Shown one piece after another: positions 47,357-56,091 of a DNA stretch of 64,000 nucleotides. The notes under the pieces were generated by a model. That model was not told the origin of the DNA and made no database searches. It was given only the letters and a program-made list of their open reading frames with translations. Origin of the DNA: a virus. Lineage: Duplodnaviria > Caudoviricetes. The stretch's first letter is position 1. Each line of letters starts with the position of its first letter. The position numbers and the translations under genes were made by a program. The stretch is taken from IMG/VR virus record IMGVR_UViG_3300026549_000063, positions 21,643 to 85,642 of that record. The stretch is one strand, 5' to 3'.

Positions 47357-49276
47357 TCACTTCTTAGACTTATCGTCAACTACTACTCCGCCAGCTACGA
47401 TGATCTTATTCGTATTGATGAACTTGAGTAAGAGTTCCTTGGAACGCTTAAGTAGTTCAGTATAAATAGCCATCGGGTGGGCTACAGGATAATCTACTTC
47501 TCTACCGTCATCATTGATGACTTTGATAAATTCTTTAAGTGAGCAAGTTGCATCAGCTAGCACATTAAAGTAAATGTCTCTATCATCCTGCATAGCTTTA
47601 AGTACTGTATCAGTAAGCTTAGATCTAGTGTAAAGAGCGGCAAGAACAGCACCTATACCAGTACGCATAGAGTCTGAAATGATATACCTGACATACTCCT
47701 CTGCCGGTAAAGCAAATTTATCATCTTCGGTAGCATAAGATTTCTTAAAACGTTCTACCAGCTCATCGTAATAAGAAGAGATAGCATACCACATCGGCAG
47801 AGGGCCATTGACAGTGAAGCCATGCTTCAGTGATGACATGATGGCACCAAGTACATCCTGTACCACATCAGCATTAGCTACCTGATCATGGACTGTTCCA
47901 CCAAGCTTAAGAGTAGGTCTATGAGGACAAGCTAAACGATTAAGCATCTCGGTAAAATACTTTAATGCATCACCGTTGGGATTGTGGCCATTCTTATACA
48001 GATCTATCTGTTTCTCCAGTCCTTCTCTGACACCCTTATAGTACTCAGTAGCTTTATCAGGGTGCGCATAAAAAGGATGTAAGCAACTCTCAGGCTCACG
48101 CTCCACAGTATCATAAATGTAAATATAGCCATTCTGGAAATGAATCTTCTTAGCTACGAAGGTATAAGCATCAGTCATCTTATCGCCAGCATAGGCAGTA
48201 TCGAAAGGTTCACATCCACAGATGGCGTTAGCCAGTATCAGTTCCCAAGGATACTCCGCTCCAGCGATATGAAGATCCGACATGTATACCCAAAGTGTTA
48301 TCGGCTTCTGTCGTTTAGTATTAAGATCGTTGATAGCTTTGACTACGTTAGGATCAGGAGACTGTGTAATAAATACCAGCGGCTTGTCAGTCGGGTAATT
48401 AGTAAAGTACTCCATCACGTTAATTTCTTTGAATGTTCCGTTAATCAGCGCATCACTGTAAATGAAAACCCTAACATCTTCATCTAGGTACTCAGTACCT
48501 AGTGCATAATTTAGGATGCCATTAGTGATAGTACCAAGAGAACATCTCAGCTTAATATCATGCTCAGGTACTTCTACTGAAAACTCATCAGCACTCTCCT
48601 TACGGCTGTTAGTATAAGAGATGAACTCCCATGCTACCTTAGGAGAAGCTTCGAAGATAGACTTCATAGCCTTAGCCAGTACGATGTTACCACCAGAACT
48701 GGATAGAGCCTGCATGAAAGCTACGATACCTGCTGCTTTAATTAGTTCTGCTTCATTCGTGGGGTCACTGCAAAGTGACTCTACGGTGAACTTATAATTA
48801 TCTAGACGCTTCTGAACTTCATCAAAGATATCTTTAGCAATACAGCTATAAGCGTATCCAGAAAGAGATACATTAGTATCAAAAGTATCCAGCACATTAC
48901 GGAGGAACGCTGCTGCAAACAGCATAGAGGTAGTAGTGCCATCCTTGGCATAATTATCTACTCTTCCTCCGATGTAGGTCAGCATATTCTTAATGTACTT
49001 CTCCAGAGGAGAGATACAATCTATCGAGTTGAGTATACGTATACCGTCCCTGGTAAAGATACTCGGTTGGAAACTCTCATTAACGCCATACTCACTAATG
49101 AGCATAGCGTAACCAGATTTAGGACCACAGTGATCGGTCAATATAGCACAACAACGATCTAGCATATCAAGGATATGCTTCTTGCTATCCTTCATACTGA
49201 CGATATTGGTTATACCGTAATTGGTATTGACTATTGACCTGGCACTGGGATCGGCAACTTCAGGCTGTTTATTCAT
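47357..49276 (-). CDS. Divergent GroEL-like chaperonin
   Basis: LTDHCGPKSG, FTRDGIRIL, YAKDGTTTS nucleotide-binding motif, VQDVLGAIMSSLKHG. Confidence 0.8.
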   Translation of the reverse strand: MNKQPEVADPSARSIVNTNYGITNIVSMKDSKKHILDMLDRCCAILTDHCGPKSGYAMLISEYGVNESFQPSIFTRDGIRILNSIDCISPLEKYIKNMLTYIGGRVDNYAKDGTTTSMLFAAAFLRNVLDTFDTNVSLSGYAYSCIAKDIFDEVQKRLDNYKFTVESLCSDPTNEAELIKAAGIVAFMQALSSSGGNIVLAKAMKSIFEASPKVAWEFISYTNSRKESADEFSVEVPEHDIKLRCSLGTITNGILNYALGTEYLDEDVRVFIYSDALINGTFKEINVMEYFTNYPTDKPLVFITQSPDPNVVKAINDLNTKRQKPITLWVYMSDLHIAGAEYPWELILANAICGCEPFDTAYAGDKMTDAYTFVAKKIHFQNGYIYIYDTVEREPESCLHPFYAHPDKATEYYKGVREGLEKQIDLYKNGHNPNGDALKYFTEMLNRLACPHRPTLKLGGTVHDQVANADVVQDVLGAIMSSLKHGFTVNGPLPMWYAISSYYDELVERFKKSYATEDDKFALPAEEYVRYIISDSMRTGIGAVLAALYTRSKLTDTVLKAMQDDRDIYFNVLADATCSLKEFIKVINDDGREVDYPVAHPMAIYTELLKRSKELLLKFINTNKIIVAGGVVVDDKSKK

Positions 49277-49279
49277 ACG

Positions 49280-49720
49280 TTAATTTTCCCTGGATATTTT
49301 TCTCTGTTTGTCATCAATTTGGGCCTGTATGTCACTCATATGCTTGACTTTAACACTGTTTTCCTTAATGATGAAGTCACGCAAATAGGAGAATGAAGCG
49401 TAGTCGAAATTGTCCATGATATCAACTACGCTTAAACCAGTCTGCTTAAATACATCGTTGTAATAGCAGAACTCAAGCACCTCATCCAGTATACGCCTAC
49501 AAGGCATACGGTTATCTTCAACATCCAGATGGAACAAACCGAGAGGTTTGCCTGGAACATAGAACTCTCGGTTGAAATAACTGGTATTGAAAATCTGAAC
49601 AAGGTGCTCTTTGGCTAAGCCGTGAATACTGGCAAGTTGATGCCGGTCTACGAATTGGAAGTATTCGTAGAAGTATTCTGTAAACGAGCTTGCTCGCTCT
49701 GCTGAGAGCTTATTCTCCAA
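49280..49720 (-). CDS. Putative tail-assembly/baseplate-hub chaperone second part (possible -1 frameshift extension)
   Basis: Only a weak TTG start; overlaps the upstream ORF in the -1 frame. Confidence 0.55.
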   Translation of the reverse strand: MENKLSAERASSFTEYFYEYFQFVDRHQLASIHGLAKEHLVQIFNTSYFNREFYVPGKPLGLFHLDVEDNRMPCRRILDEVLEFCYYNDVFKQTGLSVVDIMDNFDYASFSYLRDFIIKENSVKVKHMSDIQAQIDDKQRKISREN

Positions 49721-51342
49721 AGTTTCATACGCCCTAGGGTAAAAAAAGCCTGTACAGGATCGTACGGAACATAACCCTCGAACGAAGTCTCAGGCTTAGT
49801 GTGACACTTCGGGCACTCTTGGAAGTAGAAAGCGATGTGAGTGATCTTAGTCTTCCTGATGTAGTCCTGAAGCTTGGTAGCGAATTCAGGAACACGTTGC
49901 TGCATCTCATCAAGGATAAGATCAAAAGTTTCATTATTCTCGCCATTAGGATCGTTTTCTACTACGAAAGTAGAAGTAGTCTCACCATTGACGATATATG
50001 CACACTCAACCGACTTGATCCAAGGACGGTAGCACCTATTCTGGTTGAAGGTGATGTAGCGCATAACAGCATCACGATCAGTCTTACTAACTGCCTTATT
50101 CAGATCCTTGTTGAATGCATCACCTACAGCAAGGTGGTCAGCGATAGTGCACTGCTTAAGGTTGAACTTATAACGTCTGATCTCACCCTCGGTATCAGAA
50201 ACATCGCAAGTAAAGCTATCATCGAAGTTAGCTATCTTGAGATAGTTCTCGATATCCTCATCGCCTACATACTTCTTCTGATTAACCTTGAAGTAATCTA
50301 TCATCTTGTCGTTGATAAGATCACGGTTAAGACGCTTAAGCTTACCAAGGTCTATCTTCTCAGAATGAATATGGCCGCAGTTAGGCTCACCGCAGATGTA
50401 GTTAACAGTAGTACCTGCAGGGTACATCAGGCATGCAAGAGTCCACACGATAACCGGATAGTCCTGAAGTGAAATCTGACGCATAAGCTTATCAGTGTCA
50501 CTCCAGTCCTTATAGTTACTGCCGATGATGGCTGCAGGAAGGATCTTCTCTACGATGTTCTTATCTAGCAGAAGACTAGAGAACAGATAGTACCATCCGC
50601 CATACTCCTTGCCGTACTCGTAGTCATCGTGAACAGTCTCCTCGATATACTGATCAAGCAGTCTAAGAGGGATGTTCTTAAGAGTCAGGGTGATACCTGA
50701 ATTCCAGAGGATAACCTTACGTACTCCACTACCGATAGTAGCGAAAACACGATAGGCTTCAGCACCGGAGAAGAGCTTATGTGATCTGCCCTCCTCGATA
50801 TGCTTAGACGAAACACCAGCAGTTCCTTCACGGATGCCATCGATCTCGCTGACAAGATGAGCGGGGTTAGTCTTAGCTAATGCAGCCTTACCATCGTTGT
50901 TGCCAGAACCGAAGTAATCTATGGAACTTCTTGCTGACTGATATTCGGAAGTGTAGTCCTCAACCTGCTTGGTGAAACTTCCAACACCTTCCTGAGCAGC
51001 ATGAGAAATGATACGCTCGGAATAGTCGTATACATCATCGACTTTGCTAAGAGGTATACAAAGTCTTATCTTATCGATATTACCGTTACCTCTGTTAGCA
51101 GTATTGGAGTCTCTGTATTTACGATATTCTTCTATGACGCTATCGATATTGATACCGTTATCGCCTTTAATAGCAATAGCCTTTTCTTTACCGTACGCTA
51201 CATCGTCTTCAGAGATACTAACTTTAGCAGTCTTAACTTCAGCCTTAGCTGTATCAGCCGGCTGTTTTGTGAGTGTGGGATCTTTTTCTGAAGCGTGACT
51301 AAAATCGCTATCAGTATATCCCATCGGGTTATTAGGATTCAT
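49648..51342 (-). CDS. Putative baseplate-hub assembly / tail chaperone protein with Cys pairs
   Basis: CGEPNCGH and CPKC motifs; ends PYDPVQAFFTL. Confidence 0.55.
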   Translation of the reverse strand: MNPNNPMGYTDSDFSHASEKDPTLTKQPADTAKAEVKTAKVSISEDDVAYGKEKAIAIKGDNGINIDSVIEEYRKYRDSNTANRGNGNIDKIRLCIPLSKVDDVYDYSERIISHAAQEGVGSFTKQVEDYTSEYQSARSSIDYFGSGNNDGKAALAKTNPAHLVSEIDGIREGTAGVSSKHIEEGRSHKLFSGAEAYRVFATIGSGVRKVILWNSGITLTLKNIPLRLLDQYIEETVHDDYEYGKEYGGWYYLFSSLLLDKNIVEKILPAAIIGSNYKDWSDTDKLMRQISLQDYPVIVWTLACLMYPAGTTVNYICGEPNCGHIHSEKIDLGKLKRLNRDLINDKMIDYFKVNQKKYVGDEDIENYLKIANFDDSFTCDVSDTEGEIRRYKFNLKQCTIADHLAVGDAFNKDLNKAVSKTDRDAVMRYITFNQNRCYRPWIKSVECAYIVNGETTSTFVVENDPNGENNETFDLILDEMQQRVPEFATKLQDYIRKTKITHIAFYFQECPKCHTKPETSFEGYVPYDPVQAFFTLGRMKLWRISSQQSEQARLQNTSTNTSNS

Positions 51343-51356
51343 ATTACCACCTTTAA

Positions 51357-52217
51357 TTAAGGATTTAGAAGATTCTTATCTAATTCTATATTTAGCTGAA
51401 GCGGAATAAGCCGTACGTTAGGTCTGATACTTCGTACCGTAACCAACTCATCGATATATTCGTACATAGCCTGTATGCTCGATCCATCATCCGTCCAAAA
51501 ATAAGACGACAGTGAATACGGAACTCCAACTTTACTCAAGAATTGTTTGTAGCTAGGTATCGATAAACCATCAAACATCAGAGAATACATGTCGATGTTG
51601 GCAAACAATCCTTTACATGGCTCCAGGAAATCTTCCGATTTCAACAGGATTCGATATGCTGCATCATCTCTCTTGATAAGTGGTAAGATATCAATAGAGT
51701 TATGTTCATAAACATTGCGGTGCTGTTCGTTACCGATTTGCTCCGCATAGTTGCACCATGCAAAGAGTTGAGACAGAACATGAAAATCTTCGATACGCAA
51801 TCCGACAAGATGTTTCAACTGATCGTACTTAACTCCTTCAGGTATCATAAATATATACTTACCTTCGATGTCAGAAGACACCTTAATTTGTTCAAGCTTG
51901 AAGTTGTTCCAGAGTGCCATCAGACGAGGTATGTGTATACCGTACCATACCTCGTCTGGTATATGCAGCAACTGTTTCATGCTTCGGATAAACTTACCGC
52001 CATCTTTGAATTTCACTATGTGAAATGACAATTCCCCAACAGCATGGTTAGTCAATCTATCGCCATGAGCAAGTCCTTTTCTTCCGGTAGAACTATTGGA
52101 CAGTATGATAACATCATCAGCGATGTTAAAATATGCATAGTTCATACGTCTTCCACTAATACCGGATAGATACAATCTAGCCGTAGCCTGTAAATCCTTA
52201 ATCGGTTCGTCAGTCAT
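51357..52217 (-). CDS. Hypothetical protein
   Basis: 286-aa ORF with GAGG RBS. Confidence 0.7.
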   Translation of the reverse strand: MTDEPIKDLQATARLYLSGISGRRMNYAYFNIADDVIILSNSSTGRKGLAHGDRLTNHAVGELSFHIVKFKDGGKFIRSMKQLLHIPDEVWYGIHIPRLMALWNNFKLEQIKVSSDIEGKYIFMIPEGVKYDQLKHLVGLRIEDFHVLSQLFAWCNYAEQIGNEQHRNVYEHNSIDILPLIKRDDAAYRILLKSEDFLEPCKGLFANIDMYSLMFDGLSIPSYKQFLSKVGVPYSLSSYFWTDDGSSIQAMYEYIDELVTVRSIRPNVRLIPLQLNIELDKNLLNP

Positions 52218-52271
52218 AACTTACCTCATTAGTCTCTATCAGAAAAATTGCCACGGTTATTAAGTATCTAT

Positions 52272-52448
52272 TCAGGAAGCAGATGAACCATTCTGCTCAT
52301 TAAGGATTTTATTAACAGTATCAGCATCGACACTGACTTCCTGGTCAGTATTGGTATTACCCTTAGCAGCAGCAGGAGTAGCTACCACGTCTACTTCCTG
52401 ATCCTTAAAGGTATTGCCCTCTGCAGGATTTGATTTAGTAGTATTCAT
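52272..52448 (-). CDS. 58-aa hypothetical protein with internal repeat (not in ORF track)
   Basis: GGAG RBS; GNTFKDQEVDV / GNTNTDQEVSV. Confidence 0.6.
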   Translation of the reverse strand: MNTTKSNPAEGNTFKDQEVDVVATPAAAKGNTNTDQEVSVDADTVNKILNEQNGSSAS

Positions 52449-52450
52449 AG

Positions 52451-53773
52451 TTATTTCTCCGGTTTATTAAGAGCGAGAGCTGGTGCAAAGTACGCATCAA
52501 CGACGTAGCCAACAATATTAGCCTCAAGACCAGTATTTAGCTTAGTAGCTGGTGAATCTGCTGCATCACTAGTAGGCTCAAGAAGTACAGCTCCATAGCC
52601 CTGCATGATTGAATCCTTAAGATTGATCTGAGAAGTGAAGCTTAGTTTACCATGAATGTAATCAGTATCGGTTAAGCTAGAGAGCAGGACTGAATCAGAT
52701 TCGCCAAACGTCTTCAAGTCTTTCTTAAGATCAAACTCATACTCAAAGAATGCACCACGAACATCTGGTCCTACACGATCTCTGATCTCGCCCTCAGGAA
52801 GAGCCTTGAGTAGAGAAGCATCTAGCTCTCTAGTAGCAAACTCAAAGAGCTCCTTAGTTTCGTTATGCTTAAGCTCAACGATAACCGAACCTATCTTAAC
52901 GCTATCATCTACTCCAGTTCCAATAGAATTGCTAGAACTAAGTTTAATCAGATTGGCACTGCAGTTAGTCTTGATAACCCCATCGTGAAGAAGAACGCCA
53001 TCGGTATCATTGGCGGTGATCGGAACAATCTGGCATTTCTTAGCAATATCAAAAGGGTTAACAATTACATCAGACTTACTATCAGCCTGCGCATTGATAA
53101 CTTTATTAAGAGCATCGGCATCTGCTTCGATAGTTACATCATGAAGCGACTGAGACTCAGGAGTGCGATCAGCTTCATCGGCTACTTCGCTAGGAGTGTA
53201 GTCAGGATCAGTCTCTGTCTGGTTCTTAGCTTCCTCTGCGATAGGGTTAGTCTCATGATGTTCAATACCCTCAATAGTGTCCTTGACGGTAGTGTAATAA
53301 GACTCAGCCTTGTTAACAACATCTCCGAGACTGGTAACTATTCCGCTAAGCATCTGGGAAGCATCAAGAGCCGAAGTTAAACGATCAGCACCCGCAGCCG
53401 GGTTATCCTTAAACTTGTCAACTAACTGAGCAAGTGATTTAAGTTTAGACTGAACATCATTATCCAGTTCAGCTAGACAGTCATCATAAACCTTAGTATT
53501 AAGCTTCTCATACTTCTCAGGATCTTCGTTCTTAAGATCAGTTATACGCTTGATCTCTCCAACGATACCAGCTTTGATCTGCTCCTTACGATAAACAAGA
53601 TTACCGTAGTCGTTAAGAACAGTATTAAAGAACTGAGTAGTATCCTTGAACAGACTCCATTCAGTCTTAGCTGCCTTACGTCCAACAGCATTGGATATCT
53701 TGCGTGCAGCCTTCTCCTTACGAATACGCTCTCTACGTGCAACAGCTTTTTTGATTTTGTGATTAGTTGTCAT
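52451..53773 (-). CDS. Hypothetical protein
   Basis: Basic N-terminus, helical middle, beta-rich C-terminus. Confidence 0.75.
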   Translation of the reverse strand: MTTNHKIKKAVARRERIRKEKAARKISNAVGRKAAKTEWSLFKDTTQFFNTVLNDYGNLVYRKEQIKAGIVGEIKRITDLKNEDPEKYEKLNTKVYDDCLAELDNDVQSKLKSLAQLVDKFKDNPAAGADRLTSALDASQMLSGIVTSLGDVVNKAESYYTTVKDTIEGIEHHETNPIAEEAKNQTETDPDYTPSEVADEADRTPESQSLHDVTIEADADALNKVINAQADSKSDVIVNPFDIAKKCQIVPITANDTDGVLLHDGVIKTNCSANLIKLSSSNSIGTGVDDSVKIGSVIVELKHNETKELFEFATRELDASLLKALPEGEIRDRVGPDVRGAFFEYEFDLKKDLKTFGESDSVLLSSLTDTDYIHGKLSFTSQINLKDSIMQGYGAVLLEPTSDAADSPATKLNTGLEANIVGYVVDAYFAPALALNKPEK

Positions 53774-53847
53774 CAGTGACCTCATTGAAATAAATTTAAC
53801 TGAGTACGCACTGTATCATGATTAAGTGGTATACAAAAATAAAAAAT

Positions 53848-53875
53848 GGTTAGCTCCCGATATCGGGAGCTAACC
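53848..53875. terminator. Perfect 28-bp palindrome / terminator
   Basis: GGTTAGCTCCCGAT|ATCGGGAGCTAACC with a U-run on the minus strand. Confidence 0.75.
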
Positions 53876-53919
53876 GAAGTTGCAATCTAAGAGGTGATTT
53901 ATGACTTTGGAGTTATAAT

Positions 53920-55017
53920 TTAATCTATACCGTACTTGCGTACGAAGCTGGCAGGCAGCTTGTAACGCAGCTCATGGAGCATCCGGTTAACGATCTTGCC
54001 GGAGAACCTACGAGATACCTTGGAGGTAGCCCTGCGGTGATGGCAGGCAGCAGTGATAAGGTACTGCATCTCGGCTGCGGTATCCTTGTCAACACCCTCA
54101 TCAACCTGAACTTCCTCAGGCCTAACAGCATCAGAGCTCTCGGTAGGAGTGTCCTCCGGACTCTCAGGATCACCTTCAGCTGGAGCATCCTCTGCAGGAG
54201 CTGCGCTATCATCCTCGGTAGGTGCCGGAGCGGTATCGTCAGCGGGTGCAGGCTGAGCATCATCATCTTCCATCTTCCACCAGGCAGTGGTCGGTGAAGT
54301 GCCTTCAGCAGGAGTCTCACTGTTCTCGGAAACAGCGGTGGAGATGTAGTCTCCACTCTCAGGGGAGGCTTCGATAGGAGTATCGATAGCCGGAGTTCCA
54401 GCGTTGTAAGCAGGATCATCAGCAGTACCACCGGCAGGAACACTGTCATCCATCCTCCACCAAGCGGTAGTCGGAGAAGTACCGTCAGCCGGGGTTTCGC
54501 TATTCTCAGAGACAGCAGTCGAAATATAATCACCGCTCTCAGGAGAAGCCTCAATAGGAGTATCGATGGCAGGGGTACCTGCATTGTAAGCAGGATCACT
54601 GCTGTCGCTGGTTACAGCCTCAGCACAGAGATGAGCTGCGCGAGCATAGAGAGCTGCACGGCTCTTACGAGGCCTAAGCTTGTAAGCAACGAGTTTATTG
54701 ATAACATTACGAGTAGCTGCAGGAATGAGGTGAAGAGCTACGGCCTTATCGGTAACATCCTCTGCAGTATCATAAACCTCACTGGTTACCTCTGCAGGTT
54801 CCTTATTTTCGGCCTGAGCTTCATCGATAGTATTATCGATGACTTCTTCCATGATGGCTTGGAATGCAGCCATTCTGGCTTTCATACACTCCTTCTCAGG
54901 AAGACTGCCGATAGTACTATCGTTTGTAAAATCGGTTTCTCCGCCATTCCAAGGTCTGGGCTCAAGCTCACCAGGATTCATATTACCCAGATCTTCCATA
55001 ACAATTCGTCTTCTCAT
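53920..55017 (-). CDS. Acidic virion/scaffold-like protein with a 60-aa tandem repeat
   Basis: ATG 55017 after GAGGA; VME and KME motifs; duplicated DPAYNAG...AWW block. Confidence 0.65.
   Translation of the reverse strand: MRRRIVMEDLGNMNPGELEPRPWNGGETDFTNDSTIGSLPEKECMKARMAAFQAIMEEVIDNTIDEAQAENKEPAEVTSEVYDTAEDVTDKAVALHLIPAATRNVINKLVAYKLRPRKSRAALYARAAHLCAEAVTSDSSDPAYNAGTPAIDTPIEASPESGDYISTAVSENSETPADGTSPTTAWWRMDDSVPAGGTADDPAYNAGTPAIDTPIEASPESGDYISTAVSENSETPAEGTSPTTAWWKMEDDDAQPAPADDTAPAPTEDDSAAPAEDAPAEGDPESPEDTPTESSDAVRPEEVQVDEGVDKDTAAEMQYLITAACHHRRATSKVSRRFSGKIVNRMLHELRYKLPASFVRKYGID
54262..54597 (-). repeat. 180-bp-period coding tandem duplication
   Basis: Copies start at 54597 and 54417; near-identical protein, many synonymous differences. 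Confidence 0.9.
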
Positions 55018-55029
55018 TGTAATCCTCAC

Positions 55030-56060
55030 AGATTAGAAAAAATACACACGTGTATAAATTTACAGCGCTTATGCGCTCAAAGTATGGTTATCCAGCGAAT
55101 AGCTGGCTGATTATATCATAACTCATGAGTTGCTTGACGTAGCACCACATAGGTGGTGCCGCTCAGACCAACTGTCCAAGCAGACTTGTTTCACATCATA
55201 GTGAATTGTGTTTTATAAATTATTTCACAAACACTAGTCACATGTACTCATGATTATACTTCGTATCCAAAACATAGTTCTGTCGAAGAATATAATCACA
55301 TTCTAATCCGGTGGTATCCGAAGGAGAACAATCCATTACTGACCTAGGTAGTTAATTTCTTTCAGAGGTTATAGGCTAAGAAATACAGGCTGTTATTCAA
55401 TAACTTGAGAGTCCTCCCAAAGGGACTCTCAAGTGAGAGCTAGGATAAACGAGAAGTTGAAACAGTAAACGATACACGACACACGATACGTCTGAGATTT
55501 TGATGTTAGCAGAGAATCCGTTATCCATCTCAGACGTGAGACTAAATCATAATGTTGTCCCATTAAAAAATACTGTCGAAGAAATAGTGATTCTCGGTAG
55601 ATAACTGCAAAACCCAAGGTTTCCTTGGCTTTCTTGTTATCTCTAATTTTAAGAACTTATCCCATGAGAATCACTATATATTCTAATATTTTATTTTTTA
55701 ATGGGACTTTTTTCGATTTTCGAAAAAAGGACCTTTTTCTTTTAAGATATTTTCTTTTTAGGTTTGTTAAGGGGTTTTATTTATGAATATACGAAGTATA
55801 TACGTAGTATATACTGAGTATATGAAATAAATAAAAACCTTCGGTTTTCTTTTCTTCTTCTTTCTTTATGTTACTTTCTTTCTTCTTCGTTTCTTTTTGA
55901 AAATTGATCGCAATACTATGCAACGCAAAAACCTGGATCGAAAATTGTAAAAAGTTCATCGAGATTGAAATTATATATTACCACATTGATGTGGTTTTAG
56001 TTGACCGGTCGTATAGATTTTAATTTTTTGTTGTTAAGTTAAAACTTATGATCGATTTGC
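55030..56060. other. About 1-kb non-coding divergence region (candidate origin or ncRNA)
   Basis: No credible ORF; several inverted repeats; strongly T-rich 55680-55900; transcription diverges here. Confidence 0.45.
55955..55981 (+). promoter_or_regulatory. Putative early promoter of the DNA polymerase gene
   Basis: TTCAT-N12-TATATATTAC. Confidence 0.7.
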
Positions 56061-56091
56061 TTTGAGAATAACAAATATCAGGGTTGCAATC

